From the IMG/VR virus record IMGVR_UViG_3300025133_000055, positions 1 to 64,000 of that record: 64,000 nucleotides of DNA; one strand, written 5' to 3'. Below the pieces are notes generated by a model, which saw only the letters and a list, made by a program, of their open reading frames with translations, was not told the DNA's origin and did not search any database. Each line of letters begins with the position of its first letter. Within the stretch, counting starts at the first letter, position 1. The position numbers and the translations under genes are program-made. Source of the DNA: a virus. Of the stretch, positions 55,823 to 63,868 are shown piece after piece.

Positions 55823-56286
55823 AAATCACGAAAAACCAGCTAAGAAAAATTATCAAAGAAGAAGTTCAAAAGGTTTTTGAAATAGACGCTTCTGGCAGAG
55901 GTGCTTGGGATCCCGTAAATGTCAAAAAAAGAGAAAAAGAAGTTCATCGACTTGGAAGAAATAAGATCGCACAATTGCGGCGTGATGCAGAAAAAGACCA
56001 AGAGGACCGCGCCAAATCTCCAAGGTTTGGTAAAAAAAATAATAAAAAAAATAATCCTTCCAAGGAAGAGGAGCCATCACCCATTAGCGAGGATGATGTT
56101 GGCGAACCCATCTATTCCCGCCATCATGGAGGGGAGGATGATTTGGATAGTCTAGATGTCATATTTGACCTAGCACAACAGATGGCTCTTTTCACCAGGA
56201 TGATACCAAGCGATCCTTTAAGAAATCAGCTTCAAGAGCTTATACAGAGCATTATCGATAAGCTCGGGGGAGAGCAGGGAGAGTGA
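55819..56286 (+). CDS. leader-bearing protein (MKITKNQLRKIIKEE)
   Basis: Conserved N-terminal leader. Confidence 0.7.
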   Translation: MKITKNQLRKIIKEEVQKVFEIDASGRGAWDPVNVKKREKEVHRLGRNKIAQLRRDAEKDQEDRAKSPRFGKKNNKKNNPSKEEEPSPISEDDVGEPIYSRHHGGEDDLDSLDVIFDLAQQMALFTRMIPSDPLRNQLQELIQSIIDKLGGEQGE

Positions 56287-56362
56287 CCTTTGAAAATCAA
56301 TGCAACAGCTAGCGATGAATTTGATGCGAACCTCAATAAAATCCTCCAGAATAAAACTTGAT

Positions 56363-56871
56363 AAAACTTGACAGAATTCGAGTTCTATGGTATAATAAAG
56401 TATGAAGAGATGCTTTGAGTGCGACAAGACCGAAGATAATATTGAGATACATGATCACCATGTTGTCCCAAAAAGCCGTGGTGGAACGAAGACAATACCC
56501 CTTTGCTATGTGTGCCATGCATTGGTGCATGATAAGAGGGCAGTATCTAGTAGATATTTGATAAGGCAGGCACATAAAGAAAGAAGAAGTAAGGGCCTTG
56601 TCTGCGGCCACCCTCCTTACGGCTTCAGTCGTGGGGAAAAGGATGAACTTGTTGTGAACCCAGAGGAGCAAGCCATCTGGACTTATGTTGAGGAACTACG
56701 AAGCACACCACTAGGAAAAAAGAAAAAGCACCCGTGGCGAGCAATTGCCGAGAAACTAAACGAGCAAGGATTCAAAAACCGCTCTGGTCGTGAGTGGAAA
56801 CTTCACAATCTGTTCGTAATCAACAAAACCAAAAACAAAAACTTGACAGAATTCGAGTTCTATGGTATAAT
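56363..56871 (+). mobile_element. HNH gene insertion bounded by exact 34-bp direct repeats
   Basis: aaaacttgacagaattcgagttctatggtataat at 56363-56396 and 56838-56871. Confidence 0.65.
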
Positions 56872-56881
56872 GGAAGAATAG
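56402..56881 (+). CDS. HNH endonuclease fused to a serine-recombinase-type DNA-binding domain
   Basis: CFEC...HHVVPKSRGG...LCYVCHALVH plus PPYGF...AIAEKLNEQG...GREW. Confidence 0.75.
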   Translation: MKRCFECDKTEDNIEIHDHHVVPKSRGGTKTIPLCYVCHALVHDKRAVSSRYLIRQAHKERRSKGLVCGHPPYGFSRGEKDELVVNPEEQAIWTYVEELRSTPLGKKKKHPWRAIAEKLNEQGFKNRSGREWKLHNLFVINKTKNKNLTEFEFYGIMEE

Positions 56882-56897
56882 AATAGAATAGAATAGA
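56876..56897 (+). repeat. (GAATA)4 microsatellite
   Basis: gaatagaatagaatagaataga right after the second direct repeat. Confidence 0.7.
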
Positions 56898-56999
56898 GCA
56901 TGAAATGAGGCTTTTAAAATTTAAAAACTCAAAACCTCAAAAGTTTAAAGCCTTGAGCACGGAAAAAATTTCCGTCGAAAAAACAGAAGGATCAATCAA

Positions 57000-57566
57000 G
57001 TGGCAGCTTCATCATTACCGGTTCCGAAGGGAAGAAATTTATATCTCCCAAAGCAAGTTACTCAAGAATCAATGCATGATTTAACGAAATCAATCATTGA
57101 AATAAACGACAGCGATGATTATTTGAAAAAAATATATGCGATCCATGATTTGGTATATGTTCCCAAGCCGATCAAACTGTATATTGATTCCTATGGGGGT
57201 GCAGTTTATCAGTGCTTCGGTTTGATCGGTGTCATTGAAAAGAGCGAAACTCCTATATGGACAATTGTCACAGGTGCGGCAATGTCCTGCGGGTTCATGA
57301 TTTTAATAAACGGACATAAAAGACTTGGGTACACCCATGCAACTCCGCTCTATCATCAGGTTTCAACTGGGTTTCATGGCAAAGTCCAGGATATGGAGGA
57401 GACCCTTGCCGAAACGAAGCGGCTCCAAAAGAAGATCGAAGAAATGACATGCAGGTTGACAAACATCCCAAAAAAGAAACTCAAGGAAATTTTGAAGAAC
57501 AAAGTTGACTGGTTTATGGATGCAGAGGAGGCACTTCTTCTCGGTGTTATTGACGAAATCATTTGA
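57000..57566 (+). CDS. clpP: ClpP-family protease 2
   Basis: IDSYGG, AMSCG, YHQ, DWFMDAEEALLLGVIDEII. Confidence 0.88.
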   Translation: MAASSLPVPKGRNLYLPKQVTQESMHDLTKSIIEINDSDDYLKKIYAIHDLVYVPKPIKLYIDSYGGAVYQCFGLIGVIEKSETPIWTIVTGAAMSCGFMILINGHKRLGYTHATPLYHQVSTGFHGKVQDMEETLAETKRLQKKIEEMTCRLTNIPKKKLKEILKNKVDWFMDAEEALLLGVIDEII

Positions 57567-57591
57567 TTCTTATTCTTTTATGTCTGATTTA

Positions 57592-57602
57592 AACTATTTA
57601 TA
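57592..57602 (+). promoter_or_regulatory. putative phage late promoter motif
   Basis: AACTATTTATA. Confidence 0.55.
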
Positions 57603-57634
57603 GAAGAAGCATTTAAATATATAGGAGGAGAATT

Positions 57635-58009
57635 GTGAAGAATATTGGAATAGGAATAATTCTATTAATTGGGGGGTTTGGGGTAATACTAATCAGTATG
57701 CTAGCATTCGTTTTTGGGGCAACAGTATCCCTGGCATCACAAGAGGAAAGAATTGGCAGCGCTGTAAACGGCCGAATTGTATACGAAGGCTTTTGCACAG
57801 GATGTCACCAAGCAGACGGTAAAGGAATGAATGGAATGTTGGGTGCAGATTTCACTGATAAAGAAAGAATGAAAAAATCAAACGACGAATTGCTTAAATC
57901 CATAAAATTCGGATTTAAAGGGAAGAACGGTGTGATGCCACCATGGGAAGGGACATTATCAGATAAACAAATGAAAGATGTTTTACAATATATAAGAGAT
58001 GAATTTTAG
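57635..58009 (+). CDS. class I c-type cytochrome
   Basis: N-terminal TM/signal, CTGCH haem motif, MPPW axial Met. Confidence 0.9.
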   Translation: MKNIGIGIILLIGGFGVILISMLAFVFGATVSLASQEERIGSAVNGRIVYEGFCTGCHQADGKGMNGMLGADFTDKERMKKSNDELLKSIKFGFKGKNGVMPPWEGTLSDKQMKDVLQYIRDEF

Positions 58010-58017
58010 GGGGAAGG

Positions 58018-59196
58018 TTGAAAAAAGCAGAAGAACAAGAAAAGCAAGAAGAATTGGTGAGCTTACAGAAGATAACCGAAAATACCGAAATATCAAAAAT
58101 AACTTTTAATACCCCAAGATTTACACAACTTTTAAGAATGTCAGGAGCTATACTTAAAAACAGGATTTCGTTTAAAAATCCGCTCATGTTAATGCACTCA
58201 GTCACTGAGGCATGTAATGCTAAATGCCCCTATTGTGTATTTCGCCATGGAAAAGGGGGCCCTAACGAAATGTCTCTAGACGAGATTTCCTCTCTATATA
58301 AAGAGGCGGAGAAACTTTCTATGCAATATGTTCACCTCTGGGGAGGTGAGCCGCTTATTCATCCGAGAATTTCTCAAATTTTAACCCTCGCAAAAGAATC
58401 TCGACTAATAACCGGACTTGTTACGAATGGTGCCTTTTTAAGAAAGAAGGCTGATGATATAATCCCCAAGCTTGATAGACTTTATATATCCCTTGATTAC
58501 CCGGGCCCTTATCATAACACTTTGAGGGAAACTCCTGGACTTTATGAAGCCACTATAGAGGGGGTTAAGTATATTCGCTCAAAATGGAAAGATCAACCAA
58601 TAGTCGTTAGTTTTACATTAATGAAAGATAATGCTGATGCTATTGTTGAAATGGCCGCATTATGTAGTGAAATAGGTGCAAGGCTATATGTTAATCCGAT
58701 GCGAGAAACTTCAAATTCAGATTCAGATCAAATCTCAATCCTCCAAAATAAAGAAGTTTTTGAGGTTAATAACAGTGACAGAATAATAAAGTGGACCGAA
58801 CAGTCTTTGATTTGGGAGCAGCTTATACAGCTTAAAAGACAGGGTTATCCCATTCAAAACTCTATGTATTATATGAAAATGTTGGCTAAAACTGGAAAAT
58901 CTCCAACCTACAAATGTCACTGGCCCAAGATTGCCATTGGAATAGAGTCTAATGGAGATATTGCAGACTGTCAAAGGTGGGGGAATCCAATTTCTAATAT
59001 AAGAGAGCAATCTCTCAAGGGTATTGTTCAGCTTCCAAGAATGAAGGAACTTTACGGGGCCTGCGGTGAAGCCTGTAATGAATGTGCATCTCCAGCTAGA
59101 GTGGAGCCTTCAAAATTTTGGGATCTCCATGTCGGAATGATATTGCAAACAGTGCAGAGTATGGTTTTTGGAGCACCTGTTCCAAAGAAAGAATGA
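58018..59196 (+). CDS. radical SAM protein with SPASM/Twitch-like C-terminus
   Basis: CNAKCPYC, GGEP, TNG, ISLD, C-terminal Cys cluster. Confidence 0.88.
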   Translation: MKKAEEQEKQEELVSLQKITENTEISKITFNTPRFTQLLRMSGAILKNRISFKNPLMLMHSVTEACNAKCPYCVFRHGKGGPNEMSLDEISSLYKEAEKLSMQYVHLWGGEPLIHPRISQILTLAKESRLITGLVTNGAFLRKKADDIIPKLDRLYISLDYPGPYHNTLRETPGLYEATIEGVKYIRSKWKDQPIVVSFTLMKDNADAIVEMAALCSEIGARLYVNPMRETSNSDSDQISILQNKEVFEVNNSDRIIKWTEQSLIWEQLIQLKRQGYPIQNSMYYMKMLAKTGKSPTYKCHWPKIAIGIESNGDIADCQRWGNPISNIREQSLKGIVQLPRMKELYGACGEACNECASPARVEPSKFWDLHVGMILQTVQSMVFGAPVPKKE

Positions 59197-59271
59197 AAAA
59201 AAATAAAAAAATCAAACGACGAATTGCTTGAATTCATATCTACAATATATAAGAGGTGCATTTTAGGGAAG
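59184..59271 (+). pseudogene. internally deleted duplicate of the cytochrome c 3' end
   Basis: Matches 57860-57904 and 57984-58011. Confidence 0.7.
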
Positions 59272-59275
59272 TTTT

Positions 59276-59286
59276 AACTATTTATA
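59276..59286 (+). promoter_or_regulatory. putative phage late promoter motif
   Basis: AACTATTTATA. Confidence 0.6.
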
Positions 59287-59300
59287 AGCGGGGAAAGCAA

Positions 59301-59594
59301 GTGAATTTAACAAAAAAACAATTAAAAAGAATTATAAAAGAGGAGCTTAATCTTCTCAATGAGCAAGAGCAAGAGCAAGCCCCAGCCAGGGCCCGCACAA
59401 ATGTCAAGCGTGTGTCTAAGAAGCTAGAAAAAGTCGCTGGACTTGATGAGTTGCTCGCCGGGCTAACAAATAGACAAGATCTTATACAATTTATTTGGAG
59501 TCAGGTTCTTCAAAAAGTTAGTGGAAACATTTCAAAACAAGATATCGGCGCCGCACTTAAAGCTCTTCTTGCTCAAGTGGCTAAATCAGGATAA
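59301..59594 (+). CDS. leader-bearing protein (MNLTKKQLKRIIKEE)
   Basis: GTG start after the late motif; conserved leader. Confidence 0.7.
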   Translation: MNLTKKQLKRIIKEELNLLNEQEQEQAPARARTNVKRVSKKLEKVAGLDELLAGLTNRQDLIQFIWSQVLQKVSGNISKQDIGAALKALLAQVAKSG

Positions 59595-59605
59595 TAAAAA
59601 AACAA

Positions 59606-59902
59606 ATGAAAATATCAAAAGACACATTAAGAAAGATGATCATGCAAGAAATAAGAATTTCTATTGCCCAACAGGCGCCTGTCGAAGAAGAACTTGGTTC
59701 TGCTCAAACTTATGTTACAGCCAAGCCAACTTCCTATATTGCATCGCACGACGCAACGATGGGACAAATCTCTGAGGACGAGGACGAGGATGAAATAAGT
59801 GAGGGAACTACTGGAATTACCCTAACGAAGAATTGGCTAAAGACCATGGTTCAAGAAGCCATCGACGATTTACTTTTTTCAGATAAAGGTGTTGTTGAAT
59901 AA
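59606..59902 (+). CDS. leader-bearing protein (two leader copies)
   Basis: MKISKDTLRKMIMQE and internal ITLTKNWLKTMVQE. Confidence 0.7.
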   Translation: MKISKDTLRKMIMQEIRISIAQQAPVEEELGSAQTYVTAKPTSYIASHDATMGQISEDEDEDEISEGTTGITLTKNWLKTMVQEAIDDLLFSDKGVVE

Positions 59903-59920
59903 AAGGGGTGGAAAATTACA

Positions 59921-60070
59921 ATGAAAAAACATCTTAGAAATCTTATTAAAGAGGGGCTCGACGAGGCCTGCGGGATTCCCGCTGAACGTCTTCCCCTTAT
60001 AATAAAAGAACCTCCAAAGAAAAAAATCATTATTAGAATTCTAAGAAAAGCGAATAATGATTCAATTTAA
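59921..60070 (+). CDS. 49-aa peptide with truncated leader (not in ORF track)
   Basis: MKKHLRNLIKEGLDEACG... Confidence 0.5.
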   Translation: MKKHLRNLIKEGLDEACGIPAERLPLIIKEPPKKKIIIRILRKANNDSI

Positions 60071-60584
60071 ATTATCCCAGGGACTCCAAGACCGCGAGTT
60101 TAAAAATAAAAACCCCATTAAAGAAAAAATAGATCAAATGACTCATATTCTGCGTGAAGTGCAGAATATTAAGGATGAGCTTGACAAGTTAATTAAACCA
60201 GGAAACCTCCCTATTTCCAAAAATAATGAGAAGGAAACATGGGCCCAAGATGTTTTAGAGTTGTTGGGTGGACCTCACACAAAAAGTAATAAATTATTTG
60301 ATAGGCTATTATATCTTCATAAAAATTTTCATAATCTTTTTATGCCCATGTGGGATGATATAGACGGTATAGACTCGGAATGGGAAACCAAAATAAAAAA
60401 AATGTCCGAAGATTATTGGTCGATATATAGTTTGTTAAGCATACTGAGAGATTTTGCCCAATCTCTTATAGAGAGAGATTGGGGGGCCCTTGAGGGCATT
60501 TTAGATTTCTATTACGATAATTTTGTGTTATTTAATCTTCAAAATAAGCTAGACGGGAATATGTGGGAGCGCGCCCAAAACTAG
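60057..60584 (+). CDS. helical hypothetical protein
   Basis: 175-aa ORF. Confidence 0.55.
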   Translation: MIQFKLSQGLQDREFKNKNPIKEKIDQMTHILREVQNIKDELDKLIKPGNLPISKNNEKETWAQDVLELLGGPHTKSNKLFDRLLYLHKNFHNLFMPMWDDIDGIDSEWETKIKKMSEDYWSIYSLLSILRDFAQSLIERDWGALEGILDFYYDNFVLFNLQNKLDGNMWERAQN

Positions 60585-60604
60585 GAATAAAATAACAATA
60601 ATGC

Positions 60605-60633
60605 TTGACATCTCTACGAAAATATGTTATATT
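60605..60633 (+). promoter_or_regulatory. sigma70-type promoter
   Basis: TTGACA-N17-TATATT with TG. Confidence 0.65.
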
Positions 60634-60649
60634 TATAATAGAGGAAAAA

Positions 60650-61117
60650 ATGAAAGCAAACAAATTTAAACTCTCTTATATCATTGCATTCTGGCCGGCC
60701 CTATTCTTTGTGATGATTATGTTATGTTTATCAGCCCTTTCTGGGTGTTATGGCTATGATACGGGATATTATAGTCATAAGCATAATAATCCCGAGCGGA
60801 CACCAATGATCGAGGCAGTTAAGGCCTCGTGTTATTATAATTATACATACGACGACTATAAGTGGTACTTCGATGCTTGGGTTCACTACCCAAGATATGA
60901 TTTCGAAGGTGTCGTAGAAGTTCATGTTGATATTTTCGATGAAGGGTATCTAGTCGATACTTTTCCCCTATATCATAATAGGGAAAAGTATTGGGAGTCA
61001 CAATGGATCGAAATGGCGGAAACACACTTGTGGTGTGGAGACTACTACGAAGTCGAATTCGTTGCATATGATCACCAAGGGAATTTTGATATTTTTAGAA
61101 CAACTCCTTATTATTGA
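60650..61117 (+). CDS. Tyr/Asp-rich lipoprotein
   Basis: Hydrophobic signal ending LSGC; start reassigned. Confidence 0.65.
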   Translation: MKANKFKLSYIIAFWPALFFVMIMLCLSALSGCYGYDTGYYSHKHNNPERTPMIEAVKASCYYNYTYDDYKWYFDAWVHYPRYDFEGVVEVHVDIFDEGYLVDTFPLYHNREKYWESQWIEMAETHLWCGDYYEVEFVAYDHQGNFDIFRTTPYY

Positions 61118-61163
61118 ATAAATTTGTATCTATAAAATTATTACTGGTTTATAAAACTCCTGA

Positions 61164-61174
61164 AACTATTTATT
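61164..61174 (+). promoter_or_regulatory. putative phage late promoter motif
   Basis: AACTATTTATT. Confidence 0.55.
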
Positions 61175-61197
61175 AGTGTTGGAGAAATTTGATTTTT

Positions 61198-61722
61198 ATG
61201 AAATTAACAAGAGAACAATTATTACAGATCGTTCAAGAAGAACTCTCAAAAATTTTAAAAGAGAGTGACCCTCCATGGATTCGTAAACGAAGAGAGAAAG
61301 AAAAGGGAGGGAGAAAACAAATACCCCTGTATGTTCCTCAGTATAGAGAACCTCCCGAAGAAGAAGAAGAAGAGGAAGAAGAGGCTCGGAGGGGAACAAC
61401 CTATATAAGTGGGGGTAATATTCCAAGTGGGGGCAATATTCCATCAAGTAATATCCCGGAGGGAAAAATGTTTAAACTTACAAGATCACAGTTGAAAAAA
61501 ATTATAAGAGAAGAAATATCGAATATAGTTCATGAATCCGGAGAAGATTTCCTTCAAGATATAAAGTCAACCGGAGAATGGACAGATTATACCATCGCAC
61601 AGTTGGAAAAGAAGAAAGCCGCACTGATGAAGAAAAAGACAAGAACGAAGCCCGAACAAGAAAAGGTTAGTCAAATTACTTTTGCGATCAATGCCAAAGA
61701 AGGGGATTATAAGAAGAAATGA
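61198..61722 (+). CDS. leader-bearing protein (two leader copies)
   Basis: MKLTREQLLQIVQEE and internal FKLTRSQLKKIIREE; poly-E tract and (SGGNIP)n. Confidence 0.72.
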   Translation: MKLTREQLLQIVQEELSKILKESDPPWIRKRREKEKGGRKQIPLYVPQYREPPEEEEEEEEEARRGTTYISGGNIPSGGNIPSSNIPEGKMFKLTRSQLKKIIREEISNIVHESGEDFLQDIKSTGEWTDYTIAQLEKKKAALMKKKTRTKPEQEKVSQITFAINAKEGDYKKK

Positions 61723-62090
61723 AATTATCCAGAAAAAGATTAAAACAAATTATCGCTGAAGAAATTCAAAGAGTGGAAGAGATTAAAAATGATGCCGTTC
61801 AATTAGCGACAATGCAAGATCAAATGAGCCAAATCAATGGTGGTGGAGATGATCAACTGATAATAGATCTCGGTTCTATGTGCGACGAGATGATCGATCC
61901 AATCAGTAGACTTAGCGATGGGTCGATGCAGGGTGCTCTACGACTATCTCTTGATAATTTAAGGGCAATTGTTGGCGAAATCGCACAAGATTTGAAAGGT
62001 AGAAGTAGGCAGGCGGTTCAATCGCCAGAACAACATATGGGGGGTGTGCAGCCGGCACAGGCGCCACCAACGCAAGAGGAGAATAGTTAA
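61719..62090 (+). CDS. leader-bearing protein
   Basis: MKLSRKRLKQIIAEE. Confidence 0.7.
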   Translation: MKLSRKRLKQIIAEEIQRVEEIKNDAVQLATMQDQMSQINGGGDDQLIIDLGSMCDEMIDPISRLSDGSMQGALRLSLDNLRAIVGEIAQDLKGRSRQAVQSPEQHMGGVQPAQAPPTQEENS

Positions 62091-62468
62091 ATGTCACGAT
62101 GGGGAAAACCAATAAAAAATAAGAAAAGATTCGATGCTCGTTATTTTATGAGCGAAAGAGAAGAAAGGATTGATGAGATTCATCCTGGAGATCCTGGAAT
62201 TGACTCTAAAAAAAGAGATAGAAAGGAGCCTGGGGTTGATGGTGCACCATTCCCGGGTGGTTCAATTGAAGATCTTCCTCCTATTTCCGATGATATATTG
62301 CAACAAGAAAAAGAAAAAGCTCTAGCTACAAAATTGGGATTACCATGGAAGGGTACCGGTGGTCCGAACAAGATGGAACCTGGAGATTTTGATTGGGATG
62401 ATGTTGTTGATGAAGTGGAGGCTGCACAGGAAAGAACTGCACGTGCCACCGAATTGGAAGAAACTTGA
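62091..62468 (+). CDS. hypothetical protein
   Basis: KKRFDARYFMSE N-terminus. Confidence 0.6.
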   Translation: MSRWGKPIKNKKRFDARYFMSEREERIDEIHPGDPGIDSKKRDRKEPGVDGAPFPGGSIEDLPPISDDILQQEKEKALATKLGLPWKGTGGPNKMEPGDFDWDDVVDEVEAAQERTARATELEET

Positions 62469-62508
62469 ATGAAGCACGATGATCAGGATGATCATCAATA
62501 ATAAAAAA

Positions 62509-63000
62509 ATGAAAATTACACAATCACATTTAAAGAGACTTATTAAAGAAGAACTTCAAAAAGTTCTCCTTGAGGCGGAATATGATACAAAAGTAGCTAT
62601 GGATATGGCATATCTTAACTGCGATAACGCAACAGCAGGAGAATTTTGTGGTGATTTTTTTAATAAAGAAAGGGCCGATCACTGGGTAGATCTCAGGGAT
62701 GACCCAAAAGAGATAGAAAGAATAGGCCTATCCTTTCAGAAAAGAGGCTTATCTGCTGGAATGGTTGATCATTTGATGAAGATTTTAACCGTTATAAAAT
62801 GCATTCGCGCTGGATCTGATCAAAATGAAACCGTCCAAAGAGAAATTAAAACTATAGTTTCTGTTATTCGGGATATAATGGGTGTTGATGGAGAAATACA
62901 GTGTCCTCCAAGTGATACAGAAGAGCCTGAAGAATTAGATCACGAAGAAAGAGCCCAAAGATATCGAGATATTGGATACGGAAGGCCTTCTAGGGATTAA
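62509..63000 (+). CDS. leader-bearing protein
   Basis: MKITQSHLKRLIKEELQKVLLE. Confidence 0.7.
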   Translation: MKITQSHLKRLIKEELQKVLLEAEYDTKVAMDMAYLNCDNATAGEFCGDFFNKERADHWVDLRDDPKEIERIGLSFQKRGLSAGMVDHLMKILTVIKCIRAGSDQNETVQREIKTIVSVIRDIMGVDGEIQCPPSDTEEPEELDHEERAQRYRDIGYGRPSRD

Positions 63001-63015
63001 GGGGGTGGTATAAAT

Positions 63016-63102
63016 ATGGATATTCCTATTCCATTACCGTGCTTACTGTTTATTTTATTTGGATTATTTACTTTTTTGGTAGTACTTTATCTAAAAGATT
63101 AA
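63016..63102 (+). CDS. 28-aa TM peptide (not in ORF track)
   Basis: MDIPIPLPCLLFILFGLFTFLVVLYLKD. Confidence 0.35.
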   Translation: MDIPIPLPCLLFILFGLFTFLVVLYLKD

Positions 63103-63116
63103 TAATTACTTATGAT

Positions 63117-63230
63117 ATGATGAAAAATAGAATTCCTTTAAAAGATTACTTGACATTCATTGCCGGAGTTGGTATAATGGTATTAATGATGGCGGGATTG
63201 ATTTCTCTTGCTCTCTTTGCAAATTGTTAA
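63117..63230 (+). CDS. small TM peptide
   Basis: Hydrophobic 37-aa C-terminal part of the 63039 ORF. Confidence 0.35.
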   Translation: MMKNRIPLKDYLTFIAGVGIMVLMMAGLISLALFANC

Positions 63231-63240
63231 ACTATTTATA
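63230..63240 (+). promoter_or_regulatory. putative phage late promoter motif
   Basis: AACTATTTATA. Confidence 0.6.
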
Positions 63241-63257
63241 GCAGGAGATCTCAAAGA

Positions 63258-63866
63258 ATGATAATAACAAAGAACCAGCTACGAAGAATTATCAAAGAAG
63301 AAATTCAAAAAGAGTTGCTTAAAGAGGGCGATGAGATAATTTTGGCCCAACAAATTATTGATTCAATAATTGGCAGCATACTTGGTGCCGGTCTCGGTGC
63401 ACTCATCGCACTTCCTGGTATAGCGCTGGTTGATTGGTTGGGATCTCTTGGAATAGGTCCTGCGAAATATGATCATCAACTGAGAAAACAAGACGAAGCT
63501 AAAGCTTTGGAGAAAATTAAAGATGTTGTTGCGGGCACCTTCTTGGGCTCCGAAGATTATGAAGATCCAGACTACGAAGGTCCACCTCCAGGATACACCT
63601 CAATTGCACATGAAGAGGGGGCAAGAGAGAAGATAAAAAGAGAGATTGATAGAAGGCTAGAAGAACTCAAAGCTAGTGACGAGATTGAGGAACTGCGCCA
63701 AATGTTCAGAGAAGAGACTGATTCAGAGAAATCAGGATCGGCAAAAGAAGATATAACACAAGTTTGGCCGCTGCATGCATATGATGAAAAATTGAACAAT
63801 ATGACCCTTAAGGGCGCCCAGGAATATCTTCAAGCGAGACAGCAAACCAAAGACTGGAACGAATAA
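63258..63866 (+). CDS. leader-bearing protein with a glycine-zipper hydrophobic segment
   Basis: MIITKNQLRRIIKEE...IIGSILGAGLGALIALPG. Confidence 0.72.
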   Translation: MIITKNQLRRIIKEEIQKELLKEGDEIILAQQIIDSIIGSILGAGLGALIALPGIALVDWLGSLGIGPAKYDHQLRKQDEAKALEKIKDVVAGTFLGSEDYEDPDYEGPPPGYTSIAHEEGAREKIKREIDRRLEELKASDEIEELRQMFREETDSEKSGSAKEDITQVWPLHAYDEKLNNMTLKGAQEYLQARQQTKDWNE

Positions 63867-63868
63867 AA

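Noticed and set aside
63009-63016. T4-type late promoter TATAAATA
   Set aside because: Only one upstream occurrence was noticed, in AT-rich DNA overlapping a start codon; the recurrent motif here is AACTATTTATA.
397-63799. Minus-strand ORFs in the track
   Set aside because: Nearly all are antisense shadows of well-supported + strand genes; none has a recognisable motif.
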